A stretch of DNA of 64,000 nt, from the NCBI GenBank assembly GCA_021414205.1, contig JAIOOW010000002.1:340171-404170 (forward strand), in the 5' to 3' direction. Source of the DNA: Candidatus Anderseniibacteriota bacterium (GTDB lineage Bacteria > Patescibacteriota > Andersenbacteria > UBA10190). This document shows, piece by piece, positions 9,730-17,430 of this stretch. Each line of letters opens with the position of its first letter. Positions within the stretch are counted from its first letter, which is position 1. The notes below the pieces were generated by a model. The model ran no database searches. It worked only from the letters and a program-made list of their open reading frames with translations, and was not told the origin of the DNA. Made by a program: the position numbers and the translations under genes.

Positions 9730-9762
9730 TGCTTATGCATGAATATATATTATAGTTCCCTT

Positions 9763-10944
9763 GTGATTTCTCTCACCAAATCCACTTTTTATAATGACGT
9801 AGATACGGCTCAGAAGTTATCTTCGTTCGTACTCTCGGCTAAGCAGCTAAGTTTTGGAGAGCAGTGTAATAAGTTCGAAGAACAGTTTGCACAATATCAG
9901 GGTCGAAAGCATTGTGTTTTAATGAACAGTGGTAGTTCTGCAAATCTTGCCCTCATTCAAGCGTTACGCAATATAGGAAAAATCAAGTTGAACGATACGA
10001 TTGGATTTTCTGCTGTGACCTGGTCCACAAATGTCATGCCCATAATTCAGCTTGGACTTGCAGCTGTACCGATCGATATTGAGCTTGATACATTGAATAT
10101 TTCACCCCAGACGATTCGCAAGGTATTGGAAACTACCTCTCTGAAGGCTATTTTTTTAACGCATTTGCTGGGATTTTGTGACGACCTCCAAGGTATTCGA
10201 GAACTGTGTGCCCAAGAAAAAATATTACTTATTGAGGATACTTGTGAGGCTTTGGGGTCAGTCTATCATGGGAACAAGTTGGGGAATTTTGGAATTGCTA
10301 GCACATTCTCTTTTTATGTGGGTCATCATTTGTCAACAATTGAAGGAGGGGCCGTATGTACTGATGATGATGAATTAGCGACTATGCTTCGTATAGTTCG
10401 AGCCCATGGCTGGGATCGTAATCTGCCTTCTGCTGAACAGAGTGCTATCCGTCAGCAACACAGTCTTAACTCTATCTTTGAATCAAGGTATACATTTTAT
10501 GATTTGGGATTCAATCTTCGTCCAACGGAAATAACGGGGTATCTCGGTACGATTCAGTTGCCCTATATTCACGAAATTATTCAAAAGCGTAATCAGAATT
10601 TTATTCGCTTGGCACCAGCAATCTATGAACAAACAGATAAGTATTATCCGTTGCACTATGACCACATTGACTTGGTATCAAATTTTGCAATTCCAATAGT
10701 TTGCAGAACTCGTAAACAGCGCGACTTATTGGTGTCTGCATGCAACGAGCGAATTGAAATTAGGCCTATTGTTGGTGGAAATATTGCTTCTCAACCGTTT
10801 TTCTGCAAATATGTGCCGGAATTTTCTCAATCATTCAAAAACTCGAATGCTTCTATCATACATGATCAAGGTTTATATTTCGGCAATAACCCGCTTTTGA
10901 CTGAAATAGAGCTTCAGGAATTACATCAAGTTTTTGCAGGATAA
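9763..10944 (+). CDS. DegT/DnrJ-family PLP enzyme, ColD/E1-type sugar 3-dehydratase
   Basis: NSGSSAN, EDTCE, SFYVGHHLSTIEGG (His where aminotransferases have Lys), RAHGW; GTG start inferred. Confidence 0.8.
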   Translation: MISLTKSTFYNDVDTAQKLSSFVLSAKQLSFGEQCNKFEEQFAQYQGRKHCVLMNSGSSANLALIQALRNIGKIKLNDTIGFSAVTWSTNVMPIIQLGLAAVPIDIELDTLNISPQTIRKVLETTSLKAIFLTHLLGFCDDLQGIRELCAQEKILLIEDTCEALGSVYHGNKLGNFGIASTFSFYVGHHLSTIEGGAVCTDDDELATMLRIVRAHGWDRNLPSAEQSAIRQQHSLNSIFESRYTFYDLGFNLRPTEITGYLGTIQLPYIHEIIQKRNQNFIRLAPAIYEQTDKYYPLHYDHIDLVSNFAIPIVCRTRKQRDLLVSACNERIEIRPIVGGNIASQPFFCKYVPEFSQSFKNSNASIIHDQGLYFGNNPLLTEIELQELHQVFAG

Positions 10945-10961
10945 AAAAATCTTTTTAAAAA

Positions 10962-12089
10962 TTATGCATGATATTCTAAAAACTGAAACGCAGCTCTATA
11001 GATGTCTTTGAACAAGTTTGCTTTGCGTAATCGCTCTACTCCTTCCATATACTCTGTATAATTTTTTTGCACATCTTTCAGCCCCTTTACGAATCCCAGC
11101 TGTGTATATGGGACTACAACTCCTGCCTTATTTGCGGTTATTTCTGTGTGCATAAGCGAGACTCTTGTCATGATGACCGGAATCCCAAGCTGTATATATA
11201 ACTTAATTTTACCGGGATCTGTAAATTCTGTGTAATCCAACGGCTTGCTTTCATATAGCGCAACGGAAACTTCCCATTTTTTTGTTATACTGTGGAGTTC
11301 TTTATCTGGTACAAAACCAAAAAACGATACTCTATTCGATAAACGGTGCAATGCTGTATATTCTTCAAGCGATGAACGAAGAGATCCATTACCAATGATA
11401 TCTAAATAGATATTTTCATTCTCTTGTAGAATCTTAAGTAACAGAAAAAGTCCTTTGCCCTCCGTAAGAGTTCCTATGTATCCGATCCTGTTTTTTTGCG
11501 GATACCGACGTGGTCGCACATCTCGTATGCCGAATGGAACTATTTTTCTTATCAAGGACTGTTTTTTTGTGCTTGTTGGATGTAGCTGCTTGAGAGTAGG
11601 AGATAAGTAGAGAACGATGCCGAGTCGTCGATTATAAAAATTTACTAATGCATGATATATAAACATAAAACCAGTTTCATTGGGGAAATAGTCGAATATC
11701 CAGAATATATATTGATTATTTAAAAAGAAAGCTATCCAAGAATAGAATAATAGGAATAATGGATAAGAGACGATAATTGAAGTATCTCGTATGTTATAAG
11801 TGGATAGAAAAACGAGATAATAGTAATAGTAGTAGAAATGAATAATTATTTTATTGTTGCCTTTATATCCCCACACCTCTTTCTCATCTACAAGAATGCC
11901 ATTTGTATAATGCTTAAAGATTGTCGGTCTATTTTCGTATCCAGGCGGCATCAGATATAGATAAAAGTGACTAGAGTGTTGAGAGAAGTACTCCACAACA
12001 TTTCCAGTGTCCTGGCATTGATAATGCGCTATATATGCAATTCGTTTATATAGAGACATTCTGTGTATATTCTTTACGCTTGAGGTCAT
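10962..12089 (-). CDS. Glycosyltransferase, GT4 family
   Basis: YIG-x-L-x-x-x-KG, IIGNG, PGKIKLY-x-x-LGIPVI. Confidence 0.75.
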   Translation of the reverse strand: MTSSVKNIHRMSLYKRIAYIAHYQCQDTGNVVEYFSQHSSHFYLYLMPPGYENRPTIFKHYTNGILVDEKEVWGYKGNNKIIIHFYYYYYYLVFLSTYNIRDTSIIVSYPLFLLFYSWIAFFLNNQYIFWIFDYFPNETGFMFIYHALVNFYNRRLGIVLYLSPTLKQLHPTSTKKQSLIRKIVPFGIRDVRPRRYPQKNRIGYIGTLTEGKGLFLLLKILQENENIYLDIIGNGSLRSSLEEYTALHRLSNRVSFFGFVPDKELHSITKKWEVSVALYESKPLDYTEFTDPGKIKLYIQLGIPVIMTRVSLMHTEITANKAGVVVPYTQLGFVKGLKDVQKNYTEYMEGVERLRKANLFKDIYRAAFQFLEYHA

Positions 12090-12220
12090 AGTGTGAGCGT
12101 GTGCTCGAACATAGGTTACGAGATAAGGGTAATGGAAAAGGTATTAATAAGACAATGATTTCGATATCAAATCGAGTCCGATGTCCGACAGGTATCCTCT
12201 ATCTACAAGAACCGATAGCA

Positions 12221-12244
12221 GTAGAGGAAGCAAGAACCTGGTTT
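12221..12244 (+). repeat. att-like repeat, right arm only
   Basis: GTAGAGGAAGCAAGAACCTGGTTT versus GTGGAGGGGGCAAGAACCTGTTTT at 9706. Confidence 0.6.
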
Positions 12245-12301
12245 ACATAAAAAGAACCCCCTTATTTAATCTCGCTAGGGGTCGTTGCGAGCTGCTTGAA
12301 A

Positions 12302-12703
12302 CTACTGACTTTCCCTTACTTCGTAGCAGAGAAACTTAACTGATAAGAACTCCTCACCCGAACAGGCAGAAGAGGCAAATCGATGATGTTGGGTTGCGTT
12401 CGGAAGAACATTCTTATTTTCATCCAAAAGCCCGACGAGTTCGATGCGTATTGCACAAACAGCACATAAGGCTGCAGCCAATAGCTTAAAAATAGATCCC
12501 TCTTGAAACATTGCAGTGTCCTGATCTTCGAATATTACCAACACCTCGGCAGTAGGATGGTCATCGTTCCTGATCAAGACCCGGCTTCCTTTCGGAATAT
12601 AAATCCGATCTCCTGGCTGCAGCCTTTTGAAAAAAGCGACAACCTCCTGAAATTTTTCTTCTTCTCTCCTTAACACTTCCGCTGGACCGAACTCTTCCAT
12701 CAT
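12302..12703 (-). CDS. Hypothetical protein
   Basis: 133 aa ORF with AGGAG SD and a downstream hairpin near 12250-12283. Confidence 0.55.
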   Translation of the reverse strand: MMEEFGPAEVLRREEEKFQEVVAFFKRLQPGDRIYIPKGSRVLIRNDDHPTAEVLVIFEDQDTAMFQEGSIFKLLAAALCAVCAIRIELVGLLDENKNVLPNATQHHRFASSACSGEEFLSVKFLCYEVRESQ

Positions 12704-12981
12704 CTTCTCCTAAAACAAGTTGGCAAACAACAAAACAACCGCCCATGGGCGGTATTACACATGTAGGTATCTACCCCGCAAGGGGCTGGAGGTTGCACCG
12801 TGCCCATTAAGTGGGCTGGTTGCAGGAGTATTTATAGCGGGCCAGTTCCCTCATACTCTCTCTTGATACATATTCGGTTGTTATTAAGCAGAATACTCTA
12901 TCGATTGGAATGGTCAACTATGTATTGAACAACGTTTATAACCTTGGATTGGGTGAATATTGAGAAAAAACTAGAGTCTCT

Positions 12982-13224
12982 CTATGAACCCTTCTTCCCT
13001 CCCGGCCAGCAAATCGGGCACGGGCCAGCTCCCTTATAAACGTGGTTACGACTACATACTTTTTTACCCTGCTCTTTAAGCGCAGCAAGAATCGTTGGGG
13101 GCAAATCCTTTCGACAACCGCAATGCTTTAAGTGCGCTTCATGCCATTTCACTCGCTGTTCAAGCGTAGACGGCATAGCAAGCTTGTGCTTTTCATGCCA
13201 GGCTTTGTTGATTTTGTTTTTCAT
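12982..13224 (-). CDS. Small Cys/His-rich hypothetical protein
   Basis: INK-x-WH-x-x-H...WH-x-x-H-x-x-x-CGCR; C-x-x-x-H...CPIC. Confidence 0.65.
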   Translation of the reverse strand: MKNKINKAWHEKHKLAMPSTLEQRVKWHEAHLKHCGCRKDLPPTILAALKEQGKKVCSRNHVYKGAGPCPICWPGGKKGS

Positions 13225-13582
13225 TTTTATTGAGCTTATAAATACCTACAGCAATCGGTAATGCGAACGTTAGAACATAATAAAGATAAACATCAAACTT
13301 GTAATATCCATCAGCAGGCTTAAGAGCTTTTACGAGAAATACATAATCAAAAACTATCGCAATTAAAGTCCAAAAAATTGCTACTAACAAATAATACCGA
13401 AAAGAATTAGACTGAACTTTTTTCAGCAACACCCAGAGCGTAATAATAATTCCAATAGGCATAATAACCCAACCAATCATGGAGGCTGGCACGAATACAA
13501 ACAGAAGAAACCCAAGAACGTATCCAATAAGCCAAAGGAGAAATCCCCAGCCTAAAGAATCTTTTAAAAATTGTTTATTCAT
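13193..13582 (-). CDS. Membrane protein
   Basis: 4 TM helices; GWGFLLWLIGY and YYK-x-DVYLYY. Confidence 0.75.
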   Translation of the reverse strand: MNKQFLKDSLGWGFLLWLIGYVLGFLLFVFVPASMIGWVIMPIGIIITLWVLLKKVQSNSFRYYLLVAIFWTLIAIVFDYVFLVKALKPADGYYKFDVYLYYVLTFALPIAVGIYKLNKNEKQNQQSLA

Positions 13583-13600
13583 ATATTCATCCTACACCCA

Positions 13601-13652
13601 TTCAATAAACGCAGAAACGTTTGGTTCCGAGTGACAGAGGAAACAAGAACTC
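13601..13652 (+). repeat. att-like intergenic repeat, full copy
   Basis: TTCAATAAAC-G-CAGAAACGTTT-N14-GAGGAAACAAGAACT. Confidence 0.7.
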
Positions 13653-13678
13653 ATCAGCTGCGAATTAATAGTTAGCCT

Positions 13679-14695
13679 TTATTTTATAAAAATTTTACCT
13701 TTCGTCCGTGTTACCTGATTAAAAAAGTATGTAATGACCGTATAGTCTGCCGATTTATTTAATCGAATCGGATCCGTTGCATAAATAAAATCCCCCTTAG
13801 CATTATCCTTATGCTTACCATCGTCATACATTAAATATTTTTTACCGTTAACCACTGCAACCATCTTAATAGCATCTGATCTCTGAATTTGAGCCTTGAT
13901 TCGAAATGCTTGATTAGGAGAAATATGCTGCAGCTTTCCTATAATCTCTGCAGGAGAAAAAGCCAGCGCATCATCATTATCAGATTGCGACGAGCCTCCG
14001 TTACCAGCACTAGGAGAACTAGGAGCTATCCAATGAGCAACATTTTGAGCAAACTGCCTATTATCATCCCTTCCAATATATGTATCCTCCCATGCATTAC
14101 TATCGAGCATCACAAGAACATTCTGATTGGTTCCCCAGAGAGTAGCGACGGCATCAAAAAACAGACTAGTACCTCCCGTTGCCGTCCAACCTGCGATTGG
14201 TTGAATAGTTGCTATCGATTGTGTGAGCTGATGGCTATAGGTTGTGCTAATTGACCCACTAGAAGATACTCCCATGTTGCCACCAACAATACTCAAAATG
14301 GAGTTATCCCATGTGGTCCAATTATCATTTTCACCCACCAACACCACTCGCTTGCCCGTGTTAATAAATGAAGTAATTTTACTAATTTCATTAGCGGATA
14401 ACGAGCTACCAGGCTGACTACTAAAATTACCCAGATCAACCCAAATCGCATCGTAATCAGTAAGCGTTGCTGATTCAAAATTACTAACAGTCGTAATATT
14501 AGCACTACCACCAAAAGCGGAATTCAATATATCGGTCATAATAGGCCAACTCGACCTGCCATATCCTAATCCCTCCCCCACATACGCACCCTGACGCACT
14601 AATAACGTAGAAGCATGTGCAGACGAAGGTAACACTAGAACAAGAAAACTAAATGCCACTAGCAACAGGAACAATTGATGCCCACTATATTTCAT
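13679..14695 (-). CDS. Secreted protein with GATase-like/DUF4350-like domain and C-terminal choice-of-anchor-X-like motif
   Basis: Signal peptide (AHA), DNRQFAQNVAHWI, MYDDGKHKD-x-x-x-GD-x-IY. Confidence 0.55.
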   Translation of the reverse strand: MKYSGHQLFLLLVAFSFLVLVLPSSAHASTLLVRQGAYVGEGLGYGRSSWPIMTDILNSAFGGSANITTVSNFESATLTDYDAIWVDLGNFSSQPGSSLSANEISKITSFINTGKRVVLVGENDNWTTWDNSILSIVGGNMGVSSSGSISTTYSHQLTQSIATIQPIAGWTATGGTSLFFDAVATLWGTNQNVLVMLDSNAWEDTYIGRDDNRQFAQNVAHWIAPSSPSAGNGGSSQSDNDDALAFSPAEIIGKLQHISPNQAFRIKAQIQRSDAIKMVAVVNGKKYLMYDDGKHKDNAKGDFIYATDPIRLNKSADYTVITYFFNQVTRTKGKIFIK

Positions 14696-14761
14696 ACACT
14701 GCATTATATCACAAAAGTTAATTCGGAAATTCTTCTACCAGGGATCAGTAGTTCACAATAA

Positions 14762-14786
14762 TTCGATCAAGCACCAGAAACGCTTT
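14762..14786 (+). repeat. att-like repeat, left arm only
   Basis: TTCGATCAAGCACCAGAAACGCTTT. Confidence 0.5.
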
Positions 14787-14870
14787 ATTCACTACGAAAT
14801 ATATAAAGAAAAAACCGCCCCCATACATGGTTGCGGCTATACGAAACTTCAACTCTGCTCCACAAGGATT

Positions 14871-15494
14871 TCACGCTAGATCAAGGTTGCCCCTTGCTCG
14901 CGTCACATCAAGTGCGACTTCACGATCCGCCCAGCGAGCGATTACGCCAGTAGTAATCACTCCCCCAAAAACGGCGAGAATGACGAGCAGAATTACGAGC
15001 AAGCCCATCTGCGCCCCTTTGTTGTCATCATCGTCATCATCGCTTGTTGAAGAAAAAGCACTCATCACTTCCTTCAGAAATCCCGGAGCGTGACTCGCGG
15101 CTTCCCACGTGTTTGAAACTTGGGCATAGGTATTCCATGCAGCAACAGCAACGTCGCTCAAATTTCGGCGCCGGTATGCGACGACGATACTATGGGCCCA
15201 GATAGCCAACCCACTTCCGAGAACTGGACCAATAATCACCAAGTACCCAAGCTTGAACATTACCTCGCCCCAATGAGGCGTAAGCCATTCACACGAAACG
15301 GCGATCATCGTAAGAATGGTGAGATAGACCCAGGTGAATCCGCAGGCGGACATTACAAGCCCGCACCACACCATGAACCGAGAAAATCCGCCGATGATCT
15401 TCGTCTCCGTCAGATACGCCCCGGAGCTGTAGGCATTCCAGAAACTGATTCCGAAATTGAGACCCAAAAACAGAAACAGCATGAGATAATTCAT
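14871..15494 (-). CDS. Multi-pass membrane hypothetical protein
   Basis: 4 TM helices with poly-Asp loop; GGGGAG upstream, TTGACA promoter near 15582, terminator near 14810-14838. Confidence 0.7.
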   Translation of the reverse strand: MNYLMLFLFLGLNFGISFWNAYSSGAYLTETKIIGGFSRFMVWCGLVMSACGFTWVYLTILTMIAVSCEWLTPHWGEVMFKLGYLVIIGPVLGSGLAIWAHSIVVAYRRRNLSDVAVAAWNTYAQVSNTWEAASHAPGFLKEVMSAFSSTSDDDDDDNKGAQMGLLVILLVILAVFGGVITTGVIARWADREVALDVTRARGNLDLA

Positions 15495-15592
15495 TCTTTC
15501 TTCTCCCCTAGATTGGAAGGTGCTCTACTAACTTCGCCAATCGAAGCACCTGCATTATTTTATATAAATATAAAAATGTCAAGTTATCCGCA

Positions 15593-16117
15593 TCAACGGA
15601 AATAAGAACCTATGTATTTATTCCCAGTAGCTACAAGAATCCGCTCAACGATCTGTTCTAAGCTAAGGTTTTCTGCAATACTTTCTTCTTGCACAAAATT
15701 AAGAAGGTCATTTTCTTTGTACCATCTCCTCAATTCTTTCTCGCCAAATTCATCTTTATTTGGTTTATATTGATGACGACGAATCGTTTCTTCTAGCGAG
15801 ATATTGAAGTAAAAGAAATAGTTATTGTTAGGATGTTCTGCAATAATCTCTTTGAGCATTTCACCATATCGATCGCTATCAAAAATACCTTCCATGATTA
15901 CGTTATAGGAATTATCTAACAGAAAAAGCGTAGTCTTCTTTATGAGTTCAATATTGAGGCCATTGGGAATATCTTTTTCCTTCAAAACTATCCGCCTTAG
16001 ATAATCTTGTTCAACAATTGCTGTTTTTTGTTTTTGAGCATCGCGAACAGCGCGAGCCGCAGAGCTTTTTCCAGAGCCAGAAGGCCCTCTCAAGACAATG
16101 AGCTTCGTTTCTTCCAT
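15593..16117 (-). CDS. AAA_33-type P-loop kinase
   Basis: LRGPSGSGKSS Walker A; QDYLRR, VIMEGI. Confidence 0.85.
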   Translation of the reverse strand: MEETKLIVLRGPSGSGKSSAARAVRDAQKQKTAIVEQDYLRRIVLKEKDIPNGLNIELIKKTTLFLLDNSYNVIMEGIFDSDRYGEMLKEIIAEHPNNNYFFYFNISLEETIRRHQYKPNKDEFGEKELRRWYKENDLLNFVQEESIAENLSLEQIVERILVATGNKYIGSYFR

Positions 16118-16146
16118 ATAAATACGATAACATCCATACAAGCAAA

Positions 16147-16170
16147 CACCAGGAACGCTAGAAACGTTTT
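16147..16170 (+). repeat. att-like repeat, left arm only
   Basis: CACCAGGAACGCTAGAAACGTTTT matches AACGCAGAAACGTTT (13608) and CACCAGAAACGCT (14772). Confidence 0.5.
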
Positions 16171-16200
16171 GCTTACACCTTGCGCTTATGAATTACAAAA

Positions 16201-16968
16201 TCACTTCAACCTAAATTGATCTATAAGGTTATTGGCGTCATCAAATAATTGTGCATTTTTTAAACTAAAACGCTTTTTCCACTCTCTATTATTTTTAGTA
16301 AAAGAAAAAGTCAACCCGAGCTCACCAGGATGAGAGGTAACTTGGACATTTGCGATATCAGATTTTTCTATATCAGACACAACCCTTTCTATGCATCTAA
16401 TTATTGCTTCTCGCCAAAAAGCGTAAGAGAAAATTTCCGCTCCTTCGTCGTTATACAATATTTCCTCTTCCCTAATATTACCAGGGCCCAATTGAGGAAG
16501 ATACGTAGTAAGAGTTTCTCCTCTTAGATCTGATCTAAGAAATATTTGCGCCGTTTTTTCTACATTGCGTTTTCCTAATTTTAAATAAAATACGATATCA
16601 TATAGCTGACCATCACTTGCCCAAGCCTTGGCATAGTTTTTTGCATATTGATAAATATTTTTTAACTCTTTTTGGGTCGGAACACTGTTAATGAGTTTTT
16701 TTTCTCTATTGATGATTTGATTTTCCTGCTTCGTTTCCACGCTCGCTTGAGCACTTATCCTTAATAGCTCCGTTTTAATTTCCGGTACAATTTTTTTAAA
16801 CTGAAAGATAAGCGCTATTAAGGGAAAGCATCCTAGAATAATTCGTATCAATATTGGTAACCCAGAAAACCAGGCCCATAGAGAATATAAAATTCCGAGC
16901 CAAAATCCAATAGTTGGCCCATTTTGATAGACAAATGAAAACATAAACTTTGATCTTTTCATCGCCAT
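16201..16968 (-). CDS. 2-TM membrane protein with soluble C-terminal domain, possibly 5'-truncated by an in-frame TAG
   Basis: 255 aa ORF; in-frame upstream ATG at 17052 separated by a single TAG at 17008-17010. Confidence 0.6.
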   Translation of the reverse strand: MAMKRSKFMFSFVYQNGPTIGFWLGILYSLWAWFSGLPILIRIILGCFPLIALIFQFKKIVPEIKTELLRISAQASVETKQENQIINREKKLINSVPTQKELKNIYQYAKNYAKAWASDGQLYDIVFYLKLGKRNVEKTAQIFLRSDLRGETLTTYLPQLGPGNIREEEILYNDEGAEIFSYAFWREAIIRCIERVVSDIEKSDIANVQVTSHPGELGLTFSFTKNNREWKKRFSLKNAQLFDDANNLIDQFRLK

Positions 16969-17107
16969 TGCTCCGAGAACAGGAAGAGTACCGAACCAGA
17001 ATAATGGCTATGAAGAAGCCAATTTGGACAAAAGAAAAAGCGAAGTAATCATTTACCCCACAGTCTTACTCACTATATTTTTTCACTAATAGATATGGAG
17101 AAATAAA

Positions 17108-17410
17108 CTATTCTTCCCACTTCCATCCTCGCAGTTCGTAGTATTTTTTACGTGGCGTTGCCTTAAATGGGTCAATACCATTTTTTCGGCAAATCGTTAT
17201 ATGGACTGTTGTGCCAAGCACTCCAATAAATAACGGGAAAACAAGGGCAAAGTGACCTACAAGGTAAAAGAGACCAATAGTTACAGAGTCAAGCGTGAGC
17301 CACTTCAACACTTTTCTTACTACGGACGTTTCAATCTCAAAACGCGCAAAAAACTGACTTGCTAAGAGCTGTAGTACAAGTAAAAACCCCAATTCTAGTT
17401 CAATGCCCAT
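17108..17410 (-). CDS. Membrane protein
   Basis: FARFEIET...H-x-x-x-CRKNGIDP-x-x-ATPRKKYYELRGW. Confidence 0.7.
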   Translation of the reverse strand: MGIELELGFLLVLQLLASQFFARFEIETSVVRKVLKWLTLDSVTIGLFYLVGHFALVFPLFIGVLGTTVHITICRKNGIDPFKATPRKKYYELRGWKWEE

Positions 17411-17430
17411 AGAGCCAAGTATATTACTGC

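Noticed and set aside
9634-9762. N-terminal 43 codons of the 436-aa ORF
   Set aside because: They read through the att-like repeat; family-like sequence begins near GTG 9763.
16968-16997. TTGCTCCGAGAACAGGAAGAGTACCGAACC resembles the tRNA-Asn/recombinase junction and could be the element's other att site
   Set aside because: It lies in the probable coding extension of the minus-strand gene and lacks the left arm, so it may be chance. Left unresolved.
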